64,000 nt of DNA from Gemmatimonadota bacterium (GTDB taxonomy: Bacteria; JBHIER01; G020348925), in assembly GCA_020348925.1 (NCBI GenBank), contig CP070758.1:4107688-4171687 (forward strand). The letters run 5' to 3'. Both the position numbers and the translations under genes were made by a program. The notes under the pieces are model-generated. The model made no database searches and had not been told where the DNA came from. It was given only the letters and a program-made list of their open reading frames with translations. Positions 29,545-37,941 of the stretch are shown in pieces (the first letter of the stretch is position 1; each line of letters opens with the position of its first letter).

Positions 29545-30342
29545 ATGAGTGAAGACTACAGACCTAAGATCATCGCCTTCTGCTGCAACTGGTGAGCGTA
29601 CGGAGCAGCTGATCTCGCCGGGGTAGCGAGAACGCAATATCCAACCGATGTCCGGATCATCCGGGTCATGTGCTCGGGGCGGGTCGATCCCGCCTTGGTT
29701 ATAGATGCATACCTCCACGGGGCAGATGGCGTCTTCGTCGGGGCCTGTCTCCGGGGTGAATGCCATTACTCCACCGGAAACCTCGAGGCCGAGGGGAAGA
29801 TGCTCTTGACCCAAAAAATTCTGAAACAGCTGGGCATTAACCCGGATCGGCTCGTCATGCGTTGGATGTCCAGCGCCGAGGGGGCCAAGTTCGTCCGCTT
29901 CACGACGGAGTTCCAGGACAGTATCAAAGAGCTCGGACCCATGGGTTACAGCGAAGGCATCGACAGAAAAGAAATCGAGCTCAAACTGACGGCGGCCAAG
30001 AGTGTTGTGGAGAGCAAGAAGGTACGCTGGGTTGTTGGCAAACGGACGGAATTTCTAAACGACGGCAACCTCTACGGAGAGGTGTTCACCGAGCACGAGA
30101 TCAACCGTCTCTTCGAGGAGGTCGTGCTCGACGAATGCATCATTCAGGAAATTCTGATGCGTACCATGAAGAAGCCGCACACGGTGCACAAATTGTCGGA
30201 GCGGATGCATCTCCCGAAATTCAAAGTGCTGCGCCACCTGGCCGACATGAGAAGGATGGGCCTGGTGAGCCACGTCGGCTTTGACAACAACAGTCCACTC
30301 TGGCAGGCCGGAGAAGTGAAAACAGCTGCCGTCTTGAAATAA
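29545..30342 (+). CDS. mvhD: MvhD-like [2Fe-2S] subunit, probable selenoprotein (UGA 29593-29595), with C-terminal extension
   Basis: MSEDYRPKIIAFCCNW-UGA-AYGAADLAG...IRVMCSGRVDP...GACLRGECHY, in frame with ORF 29668..30342. Confidence 0.9.
29613..29631 (+). promoter_or_regulatory. Candidate SECIS hairpin for mvhD
   Basis: TCTCGC-CGGGGTA-GCGAGA, with a possible lower pairing GCGT/ACGC. Confidence 0.5.
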
Positions 30343-30349
30343 AATAGAG

Positions 30350-30560
30350 GTTCCCCTTATCAAAGGGACTACCCAAAAAATCCCCCTTATTAAAGGGAGA
30401 TTTAGGGGGTTGTTAAAATGAAAGAAACACACATTAGTCACTTAGTTTTATATGAACAATTGAGATAAATACCTCTCTGTGTCTCCCCTTCATAGGGGAG
30501 ACAATAAGGAAGTCCCCTTATCAAAGCTTATCCTGAGCCAAGTCGAAAGAGGGGATTCAG
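30350..30560. repeat. Cluster of CCCCTT...AAGGGG palindromes with a nested mini-insertion
   Basis: Several CCCCTTATYAAAGGG units; one is interrupted by CTTATCCTGAGCCAAGTCGAAAG. Confidence 0.65.
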
Positions 30561-30586
30561 GAAATTGTTGAAAGAAAAAACACAGT

Positions 30587-32290
30587 ATGAGTGAAGAAAA
30601 GAAAAACGGATCGGTTTTAGTCGTCGGTGCAGGCATTGCGGGCATCCAGTCGGCGTTGGACCTGGCCGAGCGGGGGATCAAGGTCTACCTGCTGGATAAT
30701 GCCCCGGCCATCGGGGGTGCCATGTCCCAGCTGGACCGGACCTTTCCCCATGGCAAACCGGCCCTGTGCCAGATCAGCCACAAGCTTGACGCTGTCTACC
30801 GCCATCCCAACATTGATCTGATAACCAACGCCAATTTAGGACGAATGAAGGGTGAGGTCGGTAACTTCGAAGTCACCATCCAAAAGGACCCCTTTCGGGT
30901 CAACGACAAATGCAACAATTGCGGGGTCTGTGTCCAGGTCTGTCCCATCAAACCCTATGATACATTTAATGAAGGACTGACGCTTCGGACTGCCATCGAC
31001 GTTCAGAACCAGTGTCCTGTACCGCCCATATACAACATCGACAAGGAGACGCCCATCTGCGTGGAGACCTGCCCGGTCCACATCGACATTAGAAAATATG
31101 TAGGTCAGGTGGCCAACGGGCAATTCCTGGAAGCTTTGGCCACTGTTCGAGAGCGGAATCCGCTGCCGGCCATCTGCGGCCGGGTGTGCAACCATCCCTG
31201 CGAGGACGCCTGTAACAGAGGCTGGCAGGATGAGCCCATTGCCATCGACGCGTTGAAGCGGTTCGTGGCCGACTATGAATTGAAGCTCGCCCGAGAGGGA
31301 AAACTTCCCAAGCCCAAGCCGCCAAAGAAGGTCTACAAGGAGAAAGTGGTCATCATCGGGGCCGGCCCCGCCGGGCTCACCGTGGCCCACGACCTCGCCT
31401 TGAAAGGCTACGAATCGACCATTTTCGAGGAAGCCCCTGTCCCAGGCGGCATGCTCTGGCTGGGTATCCCTGAGTACCGTTTACCACGGGACATCATTCA
31501 GACCGAAGTCGATTACATCTGCGACATGGGTGTCGAATTGAAATTGAACACACCCATCGGTCCTGATCTGACCATCGACGATCTGCTCAAACAAGGTTAC
31601 AAGGCCGTCTTCATCGGCGTCGGCGCCCACAAGGGATTGAAACTCCGCGTTCCCGGCGAGGACGATTTTGAGGGTTTTCTTGACTGCATCGTCTTTTTGC
31701 GGCGGGTTAATCTTGGCGATCACTCAAAGCCCGGTGAGAAAGTGGTCGTCATCGGTGGTGGCAACTCGGCCATCGACTCGGCCCGCACGGCCCTCCGTCT
31801 GGGCAGCGACGAGGTGACGATCCTCTATCGACGCTCGCGCAAGGAGATGCCGGCCAACCCGTGGGAGATCGATGAGGCCGAGCACGAGGGTGTGAAGATT
31901 CACTACCTGGCCGCACCGGTTGAAATTCTTGGCAAGAACGGGAAGGTCGTCGGCATGAACTGCACGCGCATGGAGTTGGGCAAGCTCGACGCCAGCGGAA
32001 GGCGCCGCCCCATTCCTGTCGAAGGTTCCGAATTTGAGGTTGAGGCCGACGTGGTCGTTCCTGCTATCAGTCAGGAGCCTGACATCTCTTTCCTGCACGA
32101 GGGACACGGACTGGAGATTTCCAAGTGGAACTCCTTCGTCATCGACTCCCGGACCAAGATGACCAACCGGCCAGGTTTCTTCTCCGGTGGCGACGCGGAT
32201 ACAGGACCGTCGGTCGTCATCGAGGCTATTGCCGCCGGCCACGCGGCGGCTAACGGCATTCACAATTACTTGAGAGAACTGGCAAAATAA
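30587..32290 (+). CDS. HdrL-like N-terminal part: HdrA fragment fused to an NfnB/GltD-type NAD(P)H oxidoreductase
   Basis: VLVVGAGIAG; ferredoxin motif; C..TCP.H.DI, CGRVCNHPCE, IIGAGPAGL, GIPEYRLP and GGGNSAID motifs. Confidence 0.85.
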   Translation: MSEEKKNGSVLVVGAGIAGIQSALDLAERGIKVYLLDNAPAIGGAMSQLDRTFPHGKPALCQISHKLDAVYRHPNIDLITNANLGRMKGEVGNFEVTIQKDPFRVNDKCNNCGVCVQVCPIKPYDTFNEGLTLRTAIDVQNQCPVPPIYNIDKETPICVETCPVHIDIRKYVGQVANGQFLEALATVRERNPLPAICGRVCNHPCEDACNRGWQDEPIAIDALKRFVADYELKLAREGKLPKPKPPKKVYKEKVVIIGAGPAGLTVAHDLALKGYESTIFEEAPVPGGMLWLGIPEYRLPRDIIQTEVDYICDMGVELKLNTPIGPDLTIDDLLKQGYKAVFIGVGAHKGLKLRVPGEDDFEGFLDCIVFLRRVNLGDHSKPGEKVVVIGGGNSAIDSARTALRLGSDEVTILYRRSRKEMPANPWEIDEAEHEGVKIHYLAAPVEILGKNGKVVGMNCTRMELGKLDASGRRRPIPVEGSEFEVEADVVVPAISQEPDISFLHEGHGLEISKWNSFVIDSRTKMTNRPGFFSGGDADTGPSVVIEAIAAGHAAANGIHNYLRELAK

Positions 32291-32303
32291 AGATATATCG
32301 ATT

Positions 32304-34715
32304 ATGAAGAAGCCAAAGTTTATTCCTGAATTCAAAGACATCCCGACGAAGCGGAGGAAGATGGCGGAGCTCTCCCTGGAGGAACGCCACCTCAGTTTTG
32401 AGGAGGTGGAGCTGGGCTTCACCGAGAAGGAGGCGGTTGCTGAGGCGAAGCGCTGCCTGAGCTGCCGTCGCTGCATCGGCTGCGGCCTGTGTCTGGCCGA
32501 GTGCGACCCCCAGGCCATCGTCTACGACCAGAAACCGGAAAAGATCACGCTCAATGTCGGTGCCATCATTCTCGCTCCGGGATTTGCGGAGTTCGATGCC
32601 AAGCGCAAGCGGGACCTGGGCTACGGTAACTCGTTCAACGTCATCACCAGCATCGAATTCGAGCGCATCCTGAGTCCCACCGGTCCTTACGGTGGTGTCG
32701 TCATGCGCCCCTTCGACGGCGAGATTCCGAAGCGTATTGCTTTCATCCAGTGTGTCGGCTCCCGTGAGGAGGGTCTGGGTGCCAATTTCTGCTCAAACGT
32801 GTGCTGCATGTACGCCTTGAAAGAGGCCATTGCCGCCCACGAGAGAATTCCGGATCTGAACGTAACCTTTTTCCATCGGGACATCCGCCCGCTGACCAAG
32901 GGCTCGGAGGACTATTATCTGAAAGCGAAAAACGATCTCTGCTTCACCTTCAACCGGGCGAATGTAGATACTATCCAGGAGGATGAGACGACTGGAACCG
33001 TCACGGTTGAATACTCGGAGAATGGAACCTCTCAAACTGGCGATTTCGATCTCGTCGTTCTTTCAGTGGGACTACATACACCCACTGCCGCGAGAAAAGT
33101 ATTACGCTCGACCCGCATCAGACCGAATAAATACGGTTTCTGCCCGGTCAGTGCTTTTACTCCCTTAAATACTCCAAACGAAGGAGTGTATGTCGCCGGC
33201 GCCTTCAGCGGTCCCAAGGATATTTCCGAGACCATGGCCCAGGCCAGCGGCGCAGCCGCCAAGGCCGCGGCCGCTATCTCGGCGAACGGCTCGAGACCCG
33301 CACCATCGGAAAAGAGAAAGACAACATTCAAGGATGAAAAAGCACGGATCGGCCTCTTCTTCTGTCAGTACGGAAATAGCACCCAGGGTAATTTCGATCT
33401 TGAAGCGCTGAAAAAACACGCTGAAAAATTGCAGGATGTAATCCACGTCGGCGAAAGTCTTTACTGCTGCCTCCATCAGGGCAGGCAGGAGATACAAGGC
33501 GCCGTGCAGGAGAAAGGCGTCAACAGAATCGTGATAACCCCCTGTTATTCGAAATCCCATCATCAGCTCTTCGGAGAACTGGCAGGTGAATTCGGACTCA
33601 ATCCGGAACACGTCGGAATTGTCGACTTCGGTTTTGGTTGTGGGGATATCGAGGAGGCCAAAAAGAGCATCGCTCAAGCTATCGAGAACGTCCGGGCAGG
33701 AACATCTCAGGAGATAGAGCAGTCAGCACCTGTCCCTGCGGCTTTGGTTCTCGGTGGCGGTCTCACCGGCATGACGGCCGCCCTCGATGTGGCCGAGCAA
33801 GGGTTTGAGGTTCATCTCGTCGATAAGGCGGACACATTCGGCGGACACATGCAGAGTCTCAGGTATCTCCTCGGTGAAGAAGATCCCATGGAGAAAGTGA
33901 AATCGATCATTGAGCGGATTGAAGCCCACGAAAAAATTCACGTACACACACACGCACTCCTGAAGAAACTCGAGGGTGAAGTCGGACACTTCAAGTCCAC
34001 TCTTTCAGAAAACGGCACAGAAACTGTTCTCGACCACGGCGTTCTCATTGTCACCACTGGCGCTTCGACCTACAAACCTGATGAGTTTCACTACGGCAAA
34101 GATCAAAACGTTCTAACTCAAACCGAACTTGAGCAGAAATTGAAAGATGGTGAATTCAAGGGCAAGAACGTCGTCATGATTCAATGCGTCGGATCGCGGG
34201 ACGAGGCTCATTCTTATTGCAGCCGTATCTGCTGCGAAGAGGCCATCAAAAATACTCACAAGATTAAAGAGGTGAATACCGAGGCTCAGGTAACAATCCT
34301 TCACAGGGACATGAGGGTGTATGGATTCAACGAGGATTATCTCACAGAAGCTGAGGAAAAGGGTGTCCAATTTATCAGAATGGACGGACCTCCCGACGTG
34401 AGCAATACGAATGGTCTGACCGTATCCGTTGTCGATCGATATACAAAGAAAGAGACAAAACTCAATCCGGATCTTGTCGTTTTGAGCACAGGACTTGTTC
34501 CTTCAGAAAATAACATTGAATTAGCTCGGTTATTAGATATAAAATTGGATAAAGATGGATTCTTCCAAGAGGCCGACTCCAAGATGAGACCTGTCGACAC
34601 GGACAGAGAGGGCATTTTTATCTGCGGCCTCGCTCACTCCCCACAATCCGTGTCCGAAAGCCTCTCCCAGGCCTCCGCCGCCGCCGGCAAGGTAGGACTC
34701 ATCCTGGGAAATTGA
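32304..34715 (+). CDS. HdrL/HdrA-like multidomain FAD/Fe-S protein, C-terminal part
   Basis: EAKRCLSC..C..C..C; FIQCVGSR..CSNVCC; second GGGLTG and CSRICC; K.RPVD. Confidence 0.88.
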   Translation: MKKPKFIPEFKDIPTKRRKMAELSLEERHLSFEEVELGFTEKEAVAEAKRCLSCRRCIGCGLCLAECDPQAIVYDQKPEKITLNVGAIILAPGFAEFDAKRKRDLGYGNSFNVITSIEFERILSPTGPYGGVVMRPFDGEIPKRIAFIQCVGSREEGLGANFCSNVCCMYALKEAIAAHERIPDLNVTFFHRDIRPLTKGSEDYYLKAKNDLCFTFNRANVDTIQEDETTGTVTVEYSENGTSQTGDFDLVVLSVGLHTPTAARKVLRSTRIRPNKYGFCPVSAFTPLNTPNEGVYVAGAFSGPKDISETMAQASGAAAKAAAAISANGSRPAPSEKRKTTFKDEKARIGLFFCQYGNSTQGNFDLEALKKHAEKLQDVIHVGESLYCCLHQGRQEIQGAVQEKGVNRIVITPCYSKSHHQLFGELAGEFGLNPEHVGIVDFGFGCGDIEEAKKSIAQAIENVRAGTSQEIEQSAPVPAALVLGGGLTGMTAALDVAEQGFEVHLVDKADTFGGHMQSLRYLLGEEDPMEKVKSIIERIEAHEKIHVHTHALLKKLEGEVGHFKSTLSENGTETVLDHGVLIVTTGASTYKPDEFHYGKDQNVLTQTELEQKLKDGEFKGKNVVMIQCVGSRDEAHSYCSRICCEEAIKNTHKIKEVNTEAQVTILHRDMRVYGFNEDYLTEAEEKGVQFIRMDGPPDVSNTNGLTVSVVDRYTKKETKLNPDLVVLSTGLVPSENNIELARLLDIKLDKDGFFQEADSKMRPVDTDREGIFICGLAHSPQSVSESLSQASAAAGKVGLILGN

Positions 34716-34793
34716 TACCCCTCTACATCCCTCTCCCCAACTTCCCTTTCATATCTTACGGATTAAAAGCAGCCTGTCCCCTTTTTCGATTTC

Positions 34794-35255
34794 CTACTCC
34801 TCCTTATGCTCAAAAAAGATCTTGTTGACGATCTTCCAGCCTCCCTCGAATTTATACAGGGACAGATAATCCGTATATTTCAGTCTCTCCCCTTCAAAAA
34901 ATTCGATTTTGGCGATGGCCGCATTCCCCGTTATATCAATGAGGGGATATTGAAAGGTGACTTTCTCCTCCGGAGGGTACTTGCCCTCTTTCTTCCGCTG
35001 TTCAACGGATTCGATCCAGCTGTAGATGGGATACTTCCACAGGCTGTTATTGCTGATACCCAGAATGGCAAAACCCGGATGGAAACCTTTCTGCACAGCG
35101 TTAACATTTCCAATATTGATGAGTCCCTCTTCGTACGCTTCCTGAATGACGTTTTGGACAGCAGTTCTCTCGGCACCAATATCGATATCGCTCTGACTAA
35201 AGAGTCGAATCGAGACCAGTATGAGAACGACCAAGACAACAACAAGCTTCTTCAT
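34794..35255 (-). CDS. Secreted NTF2-like (putative lumazine-binding family) protein
   Basis: Signal peptide; IDITGNAAIAK...YTDYLSLYKF..GWKIVNK. Confidence 0.8.
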   Translation of the reverse strand: MKKLVVVLVVLILVSIRLFSQSDIDIGAERTAVQNVIQEAYEEGLINIGNVNAVQKGFHPGFAILGISNNSLWKYPIYSWIESVEQRKKEGKYPPEEKVTFQYPLIDITGNAAIAKIEFFEGERLKYTDYLSLYKFEGGWKIVNKIFFEHKEE

Positions 35256-35413
35256 TGCGATCCCCCTTTCAAAGTTGATATGAGACCTGAATACAATGAA
35301 CTGCAATGCATTTGACTGATGCTGCCCAATTATTGTTTCGTTTATCAGACTGTGCTTACTGATGTATTACCACCACAGAAGTTTTTCGAGCTGTTACCTC
35401 AACATTAAAAATC

Positions 35414-35487
35414 AATCCTTCTCTATCTCTCTTTTCAAAAGGAAGAAGTTCATCCCCTCCTTTTTCAAAAGAGGATTGGGAAGGATT
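35414..35487. repeat. CTCCCTTT..AAAGGGAG-type composite palindrome, degenerate copy
   Basis: Similar to copies at 37678, 41578 and 42764. Confidence 0.6.
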
Positions 35488-35676
35488 AAAAATGTCTTAA
35501 AAATGTTGACGCGTCCCATTTCATTCTACCCCGAATATCTGAAACCTTTTTGACATAAAAAGTTACTAAACTCTTATAATGGGAGAGCGAGACTCAGCCA
35601 GTCGGAATTCTTCGACGAGCTTCATGAGCATTAGACCGTTCGACCCCAATAAAGACTTCATTTGACAGGGGGAAAT

Positions 35677-37518
35677 ATGTCCAAAAAACATCTTATCTTC
35701 AGCACTCTTATCCTCCTGGGATTTTCTGCCATCCTTCGGGCCTTTTCAGGCGGGCCGATGGATAACATGGCCGGCAACCCTCCGGCATTTAATACTTGCA
35801 CCTTCTGTCATGTTACCTACCCCCTCAATTCGGGAAACGGGTACATGTATGGCGAGGGTTTACCGTCTGAGTATACTCCCGGAGAAACATACACACTAAC
35901 AGTAACGCTCTACGATCCCGGACAGAGTCGCTGGGGCTTCGAGTTGACCGCTCTCTACGGAAACGGCCAGCAGGCGGGAACCTTCATCATCACCGACGAT
36001 ACAAACACCCAGTTGTCGGATAATCCAGGATCAAGCCCGGATTTCGTCAAGCATACCTCCGCCGGGACTTTCGCCGGCACCCTCGACGGCCCGGTTACCT
36101 GGTCCTTTGACTGGGTCGCACCTTCCCCGGCCGTGGGGACAATTACATTCTATGGCTCGGGTCTCGCCGCCGATAACAATAATTCCCATTCCATGGACTA
36201 TGTATACAGGGGCAAGGCGTTCTCAGCACCTCCTTCAAGCTGTAACACAGGCGATCCGGATGACAATGGCACGGTTAACGTGCTGGATGTAGTGAAAGCA
36301 GTCAACCACATCTTAGGACTCGATGTCCTCGAAGGGGATGCCTTCTGTTGGGCCGACTGCAACGCTGACGGAGTTGTAGACGTTCTCGACGCCCTCGGCA
36401 TCGTCAACACAATTTTGGGCATCGGCGAATGCGGCTCCGGCGGAATATATAAATACGTCCAGCCGCCGGAGACAGGTGACGGCTGGCTGACGGCGTCACT
36501 GGCCGATGTGGGCATGGATGAGGACGATATCGATGCGGCCGTCGAGGGAATATTAACTGAAGAATACCAGCGGGTGCACGGTCTGGTCATTATCAAGGAC
36601 GGGTATCTGGTATTTGAGGAGTATTTCGAGGGCGAAGTCTACAACAACCCGACGAGCATAGGTCCTATCGTCCAGTTCGACAGGGACAGGATCCACAACC
36701 TGGCCTCGACGACCAAGAGCATCACCTCGACCATGGTCGGCATCGCCATCGATCAGGGATTCATCTCCAGCGTACAGGAGAGCATCTATCAGATTTTCGA
36801 TGAATACGATGGTTTGAGTGACGAGTTGAAGGAAAAGATGACTATCGAGCATCTCTTGACCATGACGGCCGGCTGGGAGTGGGATGAGAACACACAGATG
36901 ACCTCCGAAAACGACCTCTACCTCTTCAACACCAGTCCGAATCCTATCCAGTTTCTCCTGTCCCGACCCATGGAAGCCGAACCGGGCTCGGTGTGGTGTT
37001 ATAACGGAGCCGGTGTAACCATGCTGGGAAAAATCATCGATCGCGCTTCGGATTTGGACCTGGAGGATTTTTCCGTCCAGTACCTGTTCGGGCCTCTGGG
37101 CATCACCGATTATTGGTGGCCCTATATTCGATCCGATCTGGTCGCCGCCCACGGCGACCTCAAGCTGCGCCCCCGGGACATGGCCAAGATCGGTCAGCTG
37201 TTCCTCGAAGGCGGCGTCTGGAACGGACAGAGGATCGTGTCCGAAGAATGGGTGGAGCAATCGACGCAGATCTGGTATGAATTCGATCATACCTGGTGGG
37301 GAGGCAGTGACGGTTACGGGTACCTCTGGTGGCATATACCCTTTCATGTAGGAGGCGAAACGTACAGGGCCTACACCTCCATGGGCTGGGGTGGCCAGTA
37401 CATCATGATCTTCGAAGAACTCGATATGGTCGTCGCTGTCACCGGCGGGAACTACTTCACTGCGGAACCGGTGTACGAGATCGTGCAGAATCACATCCTC
37501 CCGGCGGTAGTAGACTGA
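35677..37518 (+). CDS. Secreted Reeler-like + dockerin + serine hydrolase (beta-lactamase family) fusion
   Basis: CTFCH; YTPGETY...WGFELT...WSFDW.AP; GDPDDNGTVNVLD and ADCNADG..DVLD; STTK (SxxK); LRPRDMAKIG; GWGGQ. Confidence 0.85.
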   Translation: MSKKHLIFSTLILLGFSAILRAFSGGPMDNMAGNPPAFNTCTFCHVTYPLNSGNGYMYGEGLPSEYTPGETYTLTVTLYDPGQSRWGFELTALYGNGQQAGTFIITDDTNTQLSDNPGSSPDFVKHTSAGTFAGTLDGPVTWSFDWVAPSPAVGTITFYGSGLAADNNNSHSMDYVYRGKAFSAPPSSCNTGDPDDNGTVNVLDVVKAVNHILGLDVLEGDAFCWADCNADGVVDVLDALGIVNTILGIGECGSGGIYKYVQPPETGDGWLTASLADVGMDEDDIDAAVEGILTEEYQRVHGLVIIKDGYLVFEEYFEGEVYNNPTSIGPIVQFDRDRIHNLASTTKSITSTMVGIAIDQGFISSVQESIYQIFDEYDGLSDELKEKMTIEHLLTMTAGWEWDENTQMTSENDLYLFNTSPNPIQFLLSRPMEAEPGSVWCYNGAGVTMLGKIIDRASDLDLEDFSVQYLFGPLGITDYWWPYIRSDLVAAHGDLKLRPRDMAKIGQLFLEGGVWNGQRIVSEEWVEQSTQIWYEFDHTWWGGSDGYGYLWWHIPFHVGGETYRAYTSMGWGGQYIMIFEELDMVVAVTGGNYFTAEPVYEIVQNHILPAVVD

Positions 37519-37569
37519 CGCAAAAACAAGTCTACTAACAGAGAGGTTGAATGATTTTAAGTTTTAGAT

Positions 37570-37656
37570 GCCCTTAAGCCTGAGCCTACGAAGGCTTCGG
37601 GCTGGATTTCTTTTTGCTCCTTTTTCTTTGACCAGCAAAGAAAAAGGAGGGATAAT
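37570..37656 (+). repeat. ~87-bp direct repeat, copy 1
   Basis: GCCCTTAAG.CTGAGCCTACGAAGGCTTCGGGCTGGATTTCTT...CTTTG.CCAGCAAAGAAAAAG. Confidence 0.85.
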
Positions 37657-37677
37657 AGCTATAAATGCAAAAAGTTA

Positions 37678-37750
37678 AATCCCTCTCAATCTCCCTTTAA
37701 AAAAGGGAGAAGCTCATTCCCTCCTTTTTTAAAGGAGGGTTAGGGAGGAT
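37678..37750. repeat. CTCCCTTT..AAAGGGAG composite palindrome
   Basis: TCTCCCTTTAAAAAAGGGAGA...CCCTCCTTTTTTAAAGGAGGG TTAGGGAGGAT. Confidence 0.75.
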
Positions 37751-37803
37751 CGCTAATATCCCAGAAATTAAAATTCATGGGAATGGATATGACAATTTAA
37801 AGC

Positions 37804-37891
37804 GCCCTTAAGACTGAGCCTACGAAGGCTTCGGGCTGGATTTCTTTGTGTTTCTTTTTCTTTGGCCAGCAAAGAAAAAGAAGAAGATAAT
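37804..37891 (+). repeat. ~87-bp direct repeat, copy 2
   Basis: Near-identical to 37570-37656. Confidence 0.85.
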
Positions 37892-37941
37892 TATTGAAGA
37901 AAAATGAACATTTTTCACCCTTTCACAAAAGGAGGCCATCC

